This document shows, piece by piece, positions 16,018 to 24,915 of a stretch of 32,000 nucleotides of DNA. Numbering within the stretch: position 1 is the first letter of the stretch; every line of letters begins with the position of its first letter. The position numbers were made by a program, and so were the translations under genes. A model generated the notes under the pieces. The model was not told the DNA's origin. It saw only the letters and a list, made by a program, of their open reading frames with translations, and did no database searches. Source of the DNA: Delftia acidovorans NBRC 14950 (GTDB taxonomy: Bacteria > Pseudomonadota > Gammaproteobacteria > Burkholderiales > Burkholderiaceae_C); contig NZ_BCZP01000004.1 of NCBI RefSeq assembly GCF_001598795.1, positions 30,001 to 62,000 on the forward strand, read 5' to 3'.

Positions 16018-16890
16018 TCAAGATCGTGCTGCAGATCTCTGTTGCGCCCAGGCATGGCGCAGCAGCACCTGTTCGGCCTGCTTGAGCACGGGCGCATCGA
16101 CCATGCGGCCGTCCAGCACGCAGACGCCGCCTCCGGCCTCGGCCAGGGCCTGGCGCAGGCGCTGCGCGTGGGCCACGGCCGCTGCATCGGGGTCGAAGAC
16201 GGCGTGCAGGGGCTGGACCTGGGCCGGGTGGATGCACAGCTTGCCGCCAAAGCCCATGCGCCGCGCGCGTGCCGCGTCCTGGGCCAGCCGCTCGGGGTTG
16301 CGCGTGTCCACCGTCACGCCGTCCACGGCCGCGCCAATGGCGGCGCGGCGCGAGGCCAGGACCAGGGCCATGCGCATGGGCAGCAGTTCTTCCTCGCCCT
16401 GGTCGCAGGCCATGCCCGCATCGACCTGGAAGTCCAGGTGGCCGAAGGCCAGGCGCACCACCTGGGGCGCGGCAGCCAGTGCGTCGGCCGCGTCCAGGCC
16501 GGCCACGCTTTCGATGAGGGGCAGCACGGCTGCCCGTGCGCCCGCAGCCTGGGCCACCGCATGCAGGGTCTGGGCGCGCTCGGCCTTGGAGACCATGGCG
16601 CCGGCCACGCCCTGCTCCACCAGCTGCGCCAGCGCGCGCAGGTCATCCGCATGCCAGGGCGTGCCTTCGGCGTTGATGCGCACCAGCAGGCGGGCACGGG
16701 CCGGGCCTTCCAGCGCACCCACGGCCTGGGCCAGCGCCTGGCGGGCGCCGTCCTTGTCGGCCGGGGCCACGGCGTCCTCCCAGTCGGCGATGACCATGTC
16801 GGCGCCGCTGTCCAGGGCCTTGCCCAGGCGCTCGGGCCGCGTGGCGGGGACGAAGAGAAAGGAAGTGGCCTGTCGCGCCAGATCGTGCAT
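16018..16890 (-). CDS. HpcH/HpaI/CitE-family CoA-ester lyase (citramalyl-/malyl-/citryl-CoA lyase beta-like; Ccl-like by context)
   Basis: Start at 'MHDLARQ' (cat at 16888-16890) with AAGGA upstream. 'SFLFVPATRPERLGKALDSGADMVIADWEDAV', 'RINAEGTPW', 'LIESVAGL', 'GFGGKLCIHPAQV'. The longer ORF to 17400 overlaps the Bug gene. Confidence 0.88.
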   Translation of the reverse strand: MHDLARQATSFLFVPATRPERLGKALDSGADMVIADWEDAVAPADKDGARQALAQAVGALEGPARARLLVRINAEGTPWHADDLRALAQLVEQGVAGAMVSKAERAQTLHAVAQAAGARAAVLPLIESVAGLDAADALAAAPQVVRLAFGHLDFQVDAGMACDQGEEELLPMRMALVLASRRAAIGAAVDGVTVDTRNPERLAQDAARARRMGFGGKLCIHPAQVQPLHAVFDPDAAAVAHAQRLRQALAEAGGGVCVLDGRMVDAPVLKQAEQVLLRHAWAQQRSAARS

Positions 16891-16913
16891 GCGGATGTCC
16901 TTGGGAGAGCGGT

Positions 16914-17921
16914 TTATTCGGCCGAGACGCCTGCGGCCTTGATGACCTTGTCCCAGCGCGCCACCTCGGCCTGCAGGTGGGTGCGCAGGCCTTCCGGCGT
17001 GGCCTTGTCGGGCGTGACCAGGTCGGAGCTGAGTTCGGCGATGCGCTTTTTGACGTTCTCGTCCTTGATGGCCACGTTCAGCGCCTTGTTGATGGCCATG
17101 ACCACGTCCTTGGGCGTGCCCTTGGGCGCGTACATGCCGTGCCAGACCTTGACGTCGAAGCCCTTGAGGCCCTGCTCGTCCAGCGTGGGGATGTCGGGCA
17201 GCGAGGACAGGCGCTTGGGCGTGGTCACGCCGAAGACCTTGGCGCGCTGGCCGTCCTTGATCACGGGCACGGTCTGCGTGGTCTGGTCGCACAGCAGGTC
17301 CACCTGGCCGCCCATGAGGTCGTTCATGGCCGGGCCTGCGCCCTTGTAGGGCACGGTGGTGAGCTTGACGCCCGCCTGGTGCATGAACAGCATGCCGCAC
17401 AGCTGGGAGACGGCGCCGATGCCGGCATTGGCCAGCGAGACCTTCTCCTGGTTCTTCTTCACGTAGTCCAGCAGCTCGGCAAAGTTGTTGGCCGGGAAGT
17501 CCTTGCGCGACAGCAGGGTCATGGGCACGTCCAGCACCTGGCCGATGTACTCGAAGTCCTTGAGCGGGTCATAGGGCAGCTTCTTGTACAGCGCAGGTGC
17601 CGTGGCCATGCCCATGTGGTGGATGAGGATGGTGTAGCCGTCGGCCTTGGCCTTGGCCACGCGGTTGGGCGCAATGGTGCCGCCCGCACCCACGGTGTTC
17701 TCGACCAGCACGCTCTGGCCCAGCACCTGGCCCATGGGCACGGCCAGCAGGCGCGCCACCACATCGGTGGGGCCGCCAGCGCTGTAGGGCACGACGAGGA
17801 CGACGGGCTTCTCGGGCCAGGCCGCGGCCAGGGCGCCGGTGGTCGTCCCGCCGGCGGCAAGGGCGCAGGCGGCGGCCGCTGCGTAAACGAGGCGGCGGCG
17901 GAAAGAAGTGGTGCGTTGCAT
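16914..17921 (-). CDS. Bug-family (TctC-like) substrate-binding protein
   Basis: AGGAGA upstream of the ATG (cat at 17919-17921). 'FRRRLVYAAAAACALAAGG' signal. 'KPVVLVVPYSAGGPTDVVARLL', 'ENTVGAGG', 'AKADGYTIL', 'VPYKGAGPA'. Confidence 0.9.
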   Translation of the reverse strand: MQRTTSFRRRLVYAAAAACALAAGGTTTGALAAAWPEKPVVLVVPYSAGGPTDVVARLLAVPMGQVLGQSVLVENTVGAGGTIAPNRVAKAKADGYTILIHHMGMATAPALYKKLPYDPLKDFEYIGQVLDVPMTLLSRKDFPANNFAELLDYVKKNQEKVSLANAGIGAVSQLCGMLFMHQAGVKLTTVPYKGAGPAMNDLMGGQVDLLCDQTTQTVPVIKDGQRAKVFGVTTPKRLSSLPDIPTLDEQGLKGFDVKVWHGMYAPKGTPKDVVMAINKALNVAIKDENVKKRIAELSSDLVTPDKATPEGLRTHLQAEVARWDKVIKAAGVSAE

Positions 17922-18007
17922 GGTTTGTCTCCTGTGCACTTTGGTGGAAGCGGGAGGCGCTCTGTGGTGGCGCCTTTCCCATGGATTCGCCGGCCGGGGC
18001 CGGCGCG

Positions 18008-18031
18008 AAAACTCAGTCAAAAACTCAGTCA
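18008..18031. repeat. perfect 12-nt tandem duplication AAAACTCAGTCA x2 spanning the MmgE/PrpD stop codon
   Basis: Read directly. The minus strand gives TGACTGAGTTTT twice, and each unit carries two TGA triplets. Confidence 0.9.
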
Positions 18032-19389
18032 AGCAGGCGCTGCACGCGCGGCCAGTGCGCGATCTGCCACAGCCGCGCTACGGCGGCCTGGGCGGGGTCG
18101 TCCTGCAGGGCACCGCCATAGGCGATCAGTCGCAGCGCCTTGGCCGTGATCTCCTCGCGCGACAGCGTGTTGCCCGGATCGCCCTTGGGCTCCTCGACAC
18201 GGCCGTGCAGCGTGCGGCCATCGGTGGTGAGCACGGTGACCTTGCCGATCCAGCGCTGCGGGTAGGCGGCATCGACCTCAGGGTCCAGCACCATGCCCAC
18301 CTTCTCGCGCAGGGCCACGGTGGTGGCAGCCAGGTATTCGTTGTCGAACTCGTCCAGGCCCGCATGGCCGTGGCGCGCGGCCAGCGCCAGCACCGTGCCC
18401 ATGGAGAACTTGCTCTGGTGCACCGTGCCGGGATCGACCACGGGGCCCAGCACGTCGATGGCGCCCTGGTGCACGTGGCAGGTGACCTGCGCCAGGTCGG
18501 CGGGGGCCAGGCCGTGGTCCTGCATGACCTGCAGCAGCGCGTCGGCGGCCGGGTGCGTGTGGCGGCAGGAGGCATGCCATTTGAACGAGGTCTCGGCCGT
18601 GGCCCAGCGCGTGCCTATGCCATCCGTGAGGCGCGTGGGATCGGCGTCCGTGGACATGCCTGCCGCCAGGCCCTGCGGTCCGGTGAAGATGTCCTGCGCA
18701 CCGGTGAATCCGTCCCGGGCCAGGTAGGCCGACATCAGGCCCGCAGCGGCCGCATGCGCCGTGTGCAGCTGCTTGCTGTCGGCGCCCGTGCGCAGGAACT
18801 CCCACAGCCCTGCCGACTGCGTGCCCGCCGAGCCGAAGGCATGCTGCATCTGCGCGGGCGTGAGGCCCAGCAGCCGGCCCACGGCGGCCGCGGCGGCCAG
18901 GGTGCCGGCCGTGGCCGTGGTGTGGAAGATGCGGTAGTGGCTGCGGCCCAGGAACTCGCCCACGCGGATGCCGACCTCATAGCCGGCCACGCAGGCGGCC
19001 ATGAGTTCGGCGCCGCTGGCGCCGATGCTCTGTGCCACGGCCAGCGCGGGCGGGAAAACCACGGCGGCGGGGTGGAAGACCGAGCCGTTGTGCACATCGT
19101 CCTGCTCGGCCACATGCGAGGCCGCGGCATTGGCCAGGGCCGCCATCATGGGCGAGGTGGTGTCGGCACTGCCCAGGATCTCGCTAGGCCCCTGCGCTGG
19201 TCCCTGGGACAGCGCAAAGCGCGTGATGCTCTGCACGGGGCGCGCGCCCTGGCCTGCGAGCACGGAGCCGAACCAGTCCACCCAGAGGTCTTCGGCGCGC
19301 TGCTGAACGGCGGCGGGAACGTCGTCCCAGCGCAGCGAGGCAGCGAATTGGGCCAGCGGATGGATGCTCACTTGGGTGTCGTTTTTCAT
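18025..19389 (-). CDS. MmgE/PrpD-family protein (2-methylcitrate dehydratase superfamily)
   Basis: Start at 'MKNDTQV' (cat at 19387-19389) with GGAGA upstream. About 454 aa with 'AAASHVAEQDDVH', 'FHPAAVVFPPALAVA', 'KWHASCRHTHPAADA', typical of the family. Confidence 0.88.
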   Translation of the reverse strand: MKNDTQVSIHPLAQFAASLRWDDVPAAVQQRAEDLWVDWFGSVLAGQGARPVQSITRFALSQGPAQGPSEILGSADTTSPMMAALANAAASHVAEQDDVHNGSVFHPAAVVFPPALAVAQSIGASGAELMAACVAGYEVGIRVGEFLGRSHYRIFHTTATAGTLAAAAAVGRLLGLTPAQMQHAFGSAGTQSAGLWEFLRTGADSKQLHTAHAAAAGLMSAYLARDGFTGAQDIFTGPQGLAAGMSTDADPTRLTDGIGTRWATAETSFKWHASCRHTHPAADALLQVMQDHGLAPADLAQVTCHVHQGAIDVLGPVVDPGTVHQSKFSMGTVLALAARHGHAGLDEFDNEYLAATTVALREKVGMVLDPEVDAAYPQRWIGKVTVLTTDGRTLHGRVEEPKGDPGNTLSREEITAKALRLIAYGGALQDDPAQAAVARLWQIAHWPRVQRLLD

Positions 19390-19430
19390 GGGTTGGGTCT
19401 CCGGCGCATTCTTGGGCATGCGCCCTGGTT

Positions 19431-20633
19431 TCAGGGGGCGGTTTTTCCCGGGGGCGGGCACAGGGCACTGATGCGCTCGGCGCTCCAGCCCAGCTCGGCC
19501 AGGATGGCGGCGCTGTGCTCGCCCACGGCGGGCACGGCCTCCATGCGGTAGTCGAAGGCGCTGTTGGCACCGGGAGGCAGCAGCGCCTGCACCGGACCGG
19601 CCGGCGTGTCCACGCTGCACCAGCGCTGGCGTGCGGCCAGCTGGGGATGGGCCCACAGGCCGGCCATGTCGTTGACGCGCGCATTGGCAATGCCGGCCGC
19701 ATCCAGCCGCTGCACCACCTGGGCGGCATCCAGCGCGTTGAACACGCCCAGGATCAGCGCACGCAGCTCCTCGCGGTTGGCGTTGCGGCGCGCATTGCTG
19801 TCGAAGCGCGCGTCTGCAGCCAACGCGGGCTGCAGCAGCACCTGTTCGCAAAAGAGCTTCCACTCGCGTTCGTTTTGCAGGCCCAGCATCACCGTCCCCC
19901 CGTCACCGGCCTCAAACGGCCCGTAGGGATAGATGCTGGCATGCGAGGCGCCGGTGCGTGGCGGCGGCGGCGCGCCGTCGAAGGCGTAGTACATGGGGTA
20001 ACCCATCCACTCGCCCAGCGCCTCCAGCATGGACACGTCGATGTGGCTGCCCTCGCCCGTGCGCCCGCGCAGCAGCAGGGCCGACAGGATGTTGGTGTAG
20101 GCGTACATTCCGGCCGCGATGTCGGCCACCGAGATGCCGGCCTTGGACGGCACCTCGGGCGTGCCCGTGACCGAGAGAAAGCCCGCCTCGCTCTGGATCA
20201 GCAGGTCGTAGGCCTTCTTGTCGCGGTAGGGGCCGTCTGCGCCGTAGCCGCTGATGTCGCAGACGATGAGGCGCGGAAAGCGCTGGCGCAGCGCCGCATA
20301 GGACAGGCCCATGCGCGCGGCCGCGCCGGGCGCCAGGTTCTGCACCAGCACGTCGGCACCCTCCAGCAGCTGCAGCAGCGCCTGCATGGCCTCGTCCTGC
20401 TTGAGGTCCAGCGCCAGGCTCTGCTTGCTGCGGTTGATCCAGGTGAAGTGCGAGGACTGGCCCTGCACGCGCTGGTCATAGCCGCGCGCAAAGTCGCCGC
20501 TGCCGGGCCGCTCGACCTTGATCACGCGCGCGCCCAGGTCGGCCAGCTGGCGCGTGCAAAACGGTGCGGCCACCGCATGTTCCAGCGAGACGACGGTGGT
20601 GCCGTCAAGCGGCCGAAGACTTTGCTTTTTCAT
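19431..20633 (-). CDS. CaiB/BaiF family III CoA-transferase (Ict-like by context)
   Basis: Start at 'MKKQSLRPLDG'. 'VVSLEHAVAAPFCTRQLADLGARVIKVERP', 'DLKQDE', 'ADVLVQNLAPG'. The N-terminus of the longer ORF (to 20696) runs into repeat copy C. Confidence 0.9.
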   Translation of the reverse strand: MKKQSLRPLDGTTVVSLEHAVAAPFCTRQLADLGARVIKVERPGSGDFARGYDQRVQGQSSHFTWINRSKQSLALDLKQDEAMQALLQLLEGADVLVQNLAPGAAARMGLSYAALRQRFPRLIVCDISGYGADGPYRDKKAYDLLIQSEAGFLSVTGTPEVPSKAGISVADIAAGMYAYTNILSALLLRGRTGEGSHIDVSMLEALGEWMGYPMYYAFDGAPPPPRTGASHASIYPYGPFEAGDGGTVMLGLQNEREWKLFCEQVLLQPALAADARFDSNARRNANREELRALILGVFNALDAAQVVQRLDAAGIANARVNDMAGLWAHPQLAARQRWCSVDTPAGPVQALLPPGANSAFDYRMEAVPAVGEHSAAILAELGWSAERISALCPPPGKTAP

Positions 20634-20678
20634 CTTGGAAATCCATTGCACTTTGGCGCCGCCTGTGCAACTGGCACG

Positions 20679-20766
20679 GCCCAAGGCCAGGGACACCGAG
20701 GAAGGGCCGCCCCGCCCCGAGGGTGTCGTCCCCCTTTGGGGGAAGGCGCGTAGCGACTCAGGGGGT
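20679..20766 (-). repeat. REP/MITE-like intergenic repeat, copy C (short variant, minus orientation)
   Basis: Reverse complement reads ACCCCCTGAGTCGCTACGCGCCTTCCCCCAAAGGGGGACGACACCCTCGGGGCGGGGCGGCCCTTCCTCGGTGTCCCTGGCCTTGGGCC. The core begins 9 nt after the acyl-CoA dehydrogenase stop on the minus strand. Confidence 0.85.
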
Positions 20767-20774
20767 ACTTCATT

Positions 20775-21941
20775 TCAGAACGAGCGGGGGAGACCGAGGA
20801 TGTGCTCGGCCACGTAGGAATAGATCAGGTTCGTGGAGATCGGCGCCACCTGGTACAGGCGCGTCTCGCGGAACTTGCGCTCCACGTCGTATTCGCAGGC
20901 AAAGCCGAAGCCGCCGTGGAACTGGATGCAGGCATTGGCCGCCTCCCAGCTGGCCTTGGCCGCTAGGTACTTGGCCATGTTGGCCTGGGCGCCCATGGCC
21001 TGGTTGGCGTCGAACATCTCGCAGGCCTTCCAGCGCATGAGGTTGGCGGCCTCGACCTCGATGAAGGCATCGGCAATGGGGAACTGCACGCCCTGGTTCT
21101 GGCCGATGGGGCGGCCGAACACGTTGCGGTCGCGCACATAGTTGGTCACGCGGTCCAGGAACCAGTAGCCGTCGCCAATGCATTCGGCCGCAATCAGCGT
21201 GCGCTCGGCGTTGAGGCCGTCGAGGATGTACTTGAAGCCCTTGCCTTCCTCGCCGATCAGGTTCTCCTCGGGGATTTCCAGGTTCTCGAAGAACAGCTCG
21301 TTGGTCTCGTGGTTGACCATGTTGGGGATGGGGCGCACGGTCAGGCCGCTCTTTTGCGCCTCGGCCAGGTCCACCATGAAGATGGACATGCCCTCGCTCT
21401 TTTTCTTCACGTCGGCCAGCGGCGTGGTGCGCGCCAGCAGGATCATCCAGTCGCTGTGCTGCACGCGGCTGATCCAGACCTTCTGGCCGTTGACCACGTA
21501 GCGGCCATCCTTCTTGACGGCGCTGGTCTTGATCTTGGTGGTGTCCGTGCCCGTGGTGGGCTCGGTCACGCCCATGGACTGCAGGCGCCATTCGCCCGAG
21601 GCGATGCGCGGCAGGTATTTCTCCTTTTGCGCCTGCGAGCCGTGGCGCAGCAGCGTGCCCATGTTGTACATCTGGCCATGGCAGGCGCCCGAGTTGCCGC
21701 CGCAGCGGTTGATCTCTTCCATGATCACGCTGGCCTCGGTCAGGCCCAGGCCCGAGCCACCGTACTCCTGCGGGATCAGCGCGGCCAGCCAGCCGGCCTT
21801 GGTCAGCGCGTCCACGAAGGTCTCGGGATAGGCGCGCTGCTCGTCGATCTTGCGGAAATACTCGTCAGGGAACTCGGCGCACAGCGCACGGATGGCGTCG
21901 CGGATTTCGGGGAAATTGTTGGAAAGCGTGTGTTCGATCAT
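20775..21941 (-). CDS. acyl-CoA dehydrogenase family protein
   Basis: 388 aa. 'GVTEPTTGTDT', 'NGQKVWIS', 'GEEGKGFKYILDGLNAER', C-terminal 'QFHGGFGFACEYDVERKFRETRLYQVAPISTNL'. Confidence 0.92.
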   Translation of the reverse strand: MIEHTLSNNFPEIRDAIRALCAEFPDEYFRKIDEQRAYPETFVDALTKAGWLAALIPQEYGGSGLGLTEASVIMEEINRCGGNSGACHGQMYNMGTLLRHGSQAQKEKYLPRIASGEWRLQSMGVTEPTTGTDTTKIKTSAVKKDGRYVVNGQKVWISRVQHSDWMILLARTTPLADVKKKSEGMSIFMVDLAEAQKSGLTVRPIPNMVNHETNELFFENLEIPEENLIGEEGKGFKYILDGLNAERTLIAAECIGDGYWFLDRVTNYVRDRNVFGRPIGQNQGVQFPIADAFIEVEAANLMRWKACEMFDANQAMGAQANMAKYLAAKASWEAANACIQFHGGFGFACEYDVERKFRETRLYQVAPISTNLIYSYVAEHILGLPRSF

Positions 21942-21971
21942 GGTGGTCTCAAGGCTCGGTGTTCAGGGGTC

Positions 21972-22877
21972 TCAGGCCAGGGTGGCTTTTCCGGTCATGG
22001 TCAGCCAGCCCTCGTGGTCTTGCGCCCAGAGTTCGACGGTCTTGCCGTCCGCAGAAGGCTTGCCGTGCACGCTGAAGGCATGCAGGTCGAAGGTGGGGCG
22101 CACGGCCTTGAACTCGAAGGACAGCACGCGCGCCTGGGGCAGCTCGCGGCGCAGCAGGTCCAGCAGCAGGGTGGCGATCAGCGGGCCGTGCACGATCAGG
22201 CCCGGATAGCCTTCGACACCCGTGACGTAGCGGCGGTCGTAGTGGATGCGGTGGCCGTTGAAGGTCAGGGCCGAGTAGCGGAACAGCAGCACGTCGTCGG
22301 GAACGATGGTGCGCGACCAGGCTTGCTGGCCGTCCAGCGGCGGCTTCTGGGGCGTGGGCGCGGGATCGCCGGGCTGGGCAGCGGCGCGGTAGACGATGTC
22401 GTGCTCCTCGGTCAGCGCCAGGCCCTGGTCGTTGCTGTAGGCATGCTCGACCAGCACGAACAGCAGCTCGCCCGAGCGGCCGCTCTTGTGGCTGACCGAG
22501 CCGATGGTGGAGCGGCGCTGCACCTTCTGGCCCACCTGCAGCGCGTTGCCTGCCTCCCAGCGCAGGCGCCCGCCGGCCCACATGCGGCGCGGCAGCGGCA
22601 CGGGCGGCAGAAAGCCGCCACGGCGCGGGTGGCCGTCGGGGCCGATCTCGCTTTGGCGTGCATGGGGCAGGAAGTACATCCAGTGCCACAGCGGCGGCAG
22701 CGCCGTGCCGTCGGTGGGCTCAGGGTCTTCCCTGTCCAGCGTGGCCGACAGCGCGGCCACGGGCGCGGCCGTGATGCTGTCTGCCAGGGTTTCGCTGCGG
22801 CCCTGCCAGGACTGAAGGTGCGCCAGCGCGGCGGCGTCGAGGGTGTCGGTAGCTTGCTTGTCTGTCATGGCCGCCAT
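21972..22877 (-). CDS. double hot-dog hydratase (HTD2/MaoC-like, mesaconyl-C4-/itaconyl-CoA hydratase type; Ich-like by context)
   Basis: Start at 'MAAMTDKQ' (22877), or the Met at 22868. 'PPLWHWMYFLP', 'RRMWAGGRL', 'FRYSALTFNGHRIHYD', 'GYPGLIVHGPL'. The rest of ORF 21972..24023 is antisense to the SDR gene. Confidence 0.8.
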   Translation of the reverse strand: MAAMTDKQATDTLDAAALAHLQSWQGRSETLADSITAAPVAALSATLDREDPEPTDGTALPPLWHWMYFLPHARQSEIGPDGHPRRGGFLPPVPLPRRMWAGGRLRWEAGNALQVGQKVQRRSTIGSVSHKSGRSGELLFVLVEHAYSNDQGLALTEEHDIVYRAAAQPGDPAPTPQKPPLDGQQAWSRTIVPDDVLLFRYSALTFNGHRIHYDRRYVTGVEGYPGLIVHGPLIATLLLDLLRRELPQARVLSFEFKAVRPTFDLHAFSVHGKPSADGKTVELWAQDHEGWLTMTGKATLA

Positions 22878-23084
22878 GGTCGGTGCAAGCGCGGCGGCCC
22901 GCAATCCGCGTTTTCTTAAGCAAGCCTTTGGCCGCGCTGAAGGCTGGGCCGGCGCGGCCTGTCCGCCCCTGCTTTCATTCCCGCGAAGTCCGCCCTTGTG
23001 ATTGGCGAATGGCGCAGCCCGGCGTTTGCCGGCATCCTTGGTCCCGACTTCTTTCCAACGAACACTGAACGGGGACGACAGGCC

Positions 23085-24002
23085 ATGGCGCAGAAAATGA
23101 TGCAGGACAAGGTAGTGGTGGTGACGGGTGCCGGCGGCGGCATCGGGCGCGACATGGCGCTGGCCATGGCGGCCGAGGGCGCCAAGGTGGTGGTCAACGA
23201 CATCGGCACCTCCACCACGGGCGAGGGCACGGACGCCGGCCCGGCGCAGAAGGTGGTCGATGAGATCAAGGCTGCAGGCGGCCAGGCCGTGGCCAACACC
23301 GACAGCGTGGCCGAGGCCGCCAGCGCGGGCCGCATCGTGCAGTGCGCCGTGGACAGCTTCGGCCGCATCGACGGCGTGGTCAACAACGCCGGCATCCTGC
23401 GCGACCGGTTCTTCCACAAGATGAGCCTGGACGAGTGGGACGCCGTCATCAAGGTCCACCTGTACGGCAGCTACTACATGAGCCGCGCGGCCGCCAACCA
23501 TTTCAAGGAGCAGGAAAGCGGCGCCTTCGTGCACATGACCTCGACCTCGGGCCTGATCGGCAACCTGGGCCAGGCCAACTACAGCGCGGCCAAGCTGGGG
23601 CTGACGGCCCTGTCCAAGTCCATTGCGCTGGACATGCAGAAGTTCAACGTGCGTTCCAACTGCATCGCGCCGTTCGCCTGGAGCCGCATGATCGGCTCCA
23701 TCCCCACCGACACGCCCGAGCAGCAGGCGCGCGTGGCCAAGATCCAGCAGATGACGCCCAACAAGATCGCCCCGCTGGCCGTCTACCTGCTGTCCGACGC
23801 GGCCCGCGACGTGAACGCCCAGGTCTTCGCCGTGCGCAACAACGAGATCTTCGTCATGAGCCAGCCGCGCCCGCTGCGCTCGGTGCACCGCAGCGAGGGC
23901 TGGTCTCCCCAGTTCATTGCCGAGCACGGCATGCCTGCGCTCAAGGCATCGTTCGTCCCCCTGGACCGCTCGGCAGATGTCTTCAGCTGGGACCCGATCT
24001 GA
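23085..24002 (+). CDS. short-chain dehydrogenase/reductase (MFE-2 N-terminal-like 3-hydroxyacyl-CoA dehydrogenase type)
   Basis: 'KVVVVTGAGGGIGR' Rossmann fold, 'NNAGI', catalytic 'SGLIGNLGQANYSAAKLG'. About 305 aa with the C-terminal extension typical of MFE-2-like SDRs. Confidence 0.88.
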   Translation: MAQKMMQDKVVVVTGAGGGIGRDMALAMAAEGAKVVVNDIGTSTTGEGTDAGPAQKVVDEIKAAGGQAVANTDSVAEAASAGRIVQCAVDSFGRIDGVVNNAGILRDRFFHKMSLDEWDAVIKVHLYGSYYMSRAAANHFKEQESGAFVHMTSTSGLIGNLGQANYSAAKLGLTALSKSIALDMQKFNVRSNCIAPFAWSRMIGSIPTDTPEQQARVAKIQQMTPNKIAPLAVYLLSDAARDVNAQVFAVRNNEIFVMSQPRPLRSVHRSEGWSPQFIAEHGMPALKASFVPLDRSADVFSWDPI

Positions 24003-24015
24003 CCGGAGCTGATTC

Positions 24016-24909
24016 ATGGCCATCAGTTACCAGCACCTGAAACAGCGCCCCTTCGAGCCCGTGCGCCAGCACTATGGCGAGCGCGACACCATGCTCTATG
24101 CATTGAGCCTGGGCCTGGGCAGCGACCCGCTGTCGGATGCGGCCCTGCCCTTTTTCTACGAAGGGGCGCCCGGCGGGCTGCGCGCCCTGCCCTCGCAGGC
24201 CGTGGTGCTGGGCTATCCGGGCTTCTGGGCGCGCGACGCCGATACGGGCATCGACTGGGTGAAGCTGCTGCATGGCGAGCAGCGCATGCGGCTGCACCGC
24301 CCGCTGCCGGCCAGCGCCGACGTGGTGGGCCACAACCGCATCACGCACCTGACGGACAAGGGTGAGGGCAAGGGCGCCATCATGGTCACCGAGCGGCGCC
24401 TGGAGACCGCCGGGGGCGAGCTGCTGGCCACCGTGCAGCAGGTCAGCTTTCTGCGCGGCGATGGCGGCTACAGCCTGCTGGACGGCGGCCAGCCCAGCGA
24501 CGCGCCCCTGGCGCCGCTGCGCCCCACGCCGGAGGACCGCGCTCCCGACTTCACCGACACCCAGGCCATACGCCCCGAGGCCGCGTTGCTGTACCGCCTG
24601 ATGGGCGACTACAACCCGCTGCATGCCGACCCGGCCGTGGCGCGCAAGGCCGGTTTCGAGCGGCCCATCCTGCATGGCCTGGCCAGCTACGGCCTGGTGG
24701 CCCATGCCGTGCTGCGCCAATGCGGCGACCGCAATCCCGCGCGCCTGAAGGCGCTGGATGTGCGCTTCACCTCGCCCGTCTATCCCGGCGAAACCCTGGT
24801 CACCGAGATCTGGCGCACGCCCGACCAGCCCTGCCAGCGGCAGTTGCGCGCCCGCGTGCTCGAACGTGACAAGGTCGTTCTGAGCCACGGCTACGCCGAA
24901 CTCGCTTGA
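24016..24909 (+). CDS. MaoC-like (hydratase-2 type) double hot-dog enoyl-CoA hydratase/dehydratase
   Basis: GGAG upstream. 'ALLYRLMGDYNPLHADPAVARKAGFERPILHG' hydratase-2 motif in the C-terminal half. 13-nt gap after the SDR gene. Confidence 0.88.
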   Translation: MAISYQHLKQRPFEPVRQHYGERDTMLYALSLGLGSDPLSDAALPFFYEGAPGGLRALPSQAVVLGYPGFWARDADTGIDWVKLLHGEQRMRLHRPLPASADVVGHNRITHLTDKGEGKGAIMVTERRLETAGGELLATVQQVSFLRGDGGYSLLDGGQPSDAPLAPLRPTPEDRAPDFTDTQAIRPEAALLYRLMGDYNPLHADPAVARKAGFERPILHGLASYGLVAHAVLRQCGDRNPARLKALDVRFTSPVYPGETLVTEIWRTPDQPCQRQLRARVLERDKVVLSHGYAELA

Positions 24910-24915
24910 ATGGAT

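Noticed and set aside
21972-24023. A 683-aa ORF suggesting a very large hydratase fusion. Similar N-terminal over-extensions occur in ORFs 16018-17400, 18025-19863, 7159-8193, 7838-9457 and 25400-27229.
   Set aside because: Only the C-terminal parts carry family motifs, and internal starts with SD-like sequences exist. The extensions overlap well-supported neighbouring genes on the other strand or in the other frame.
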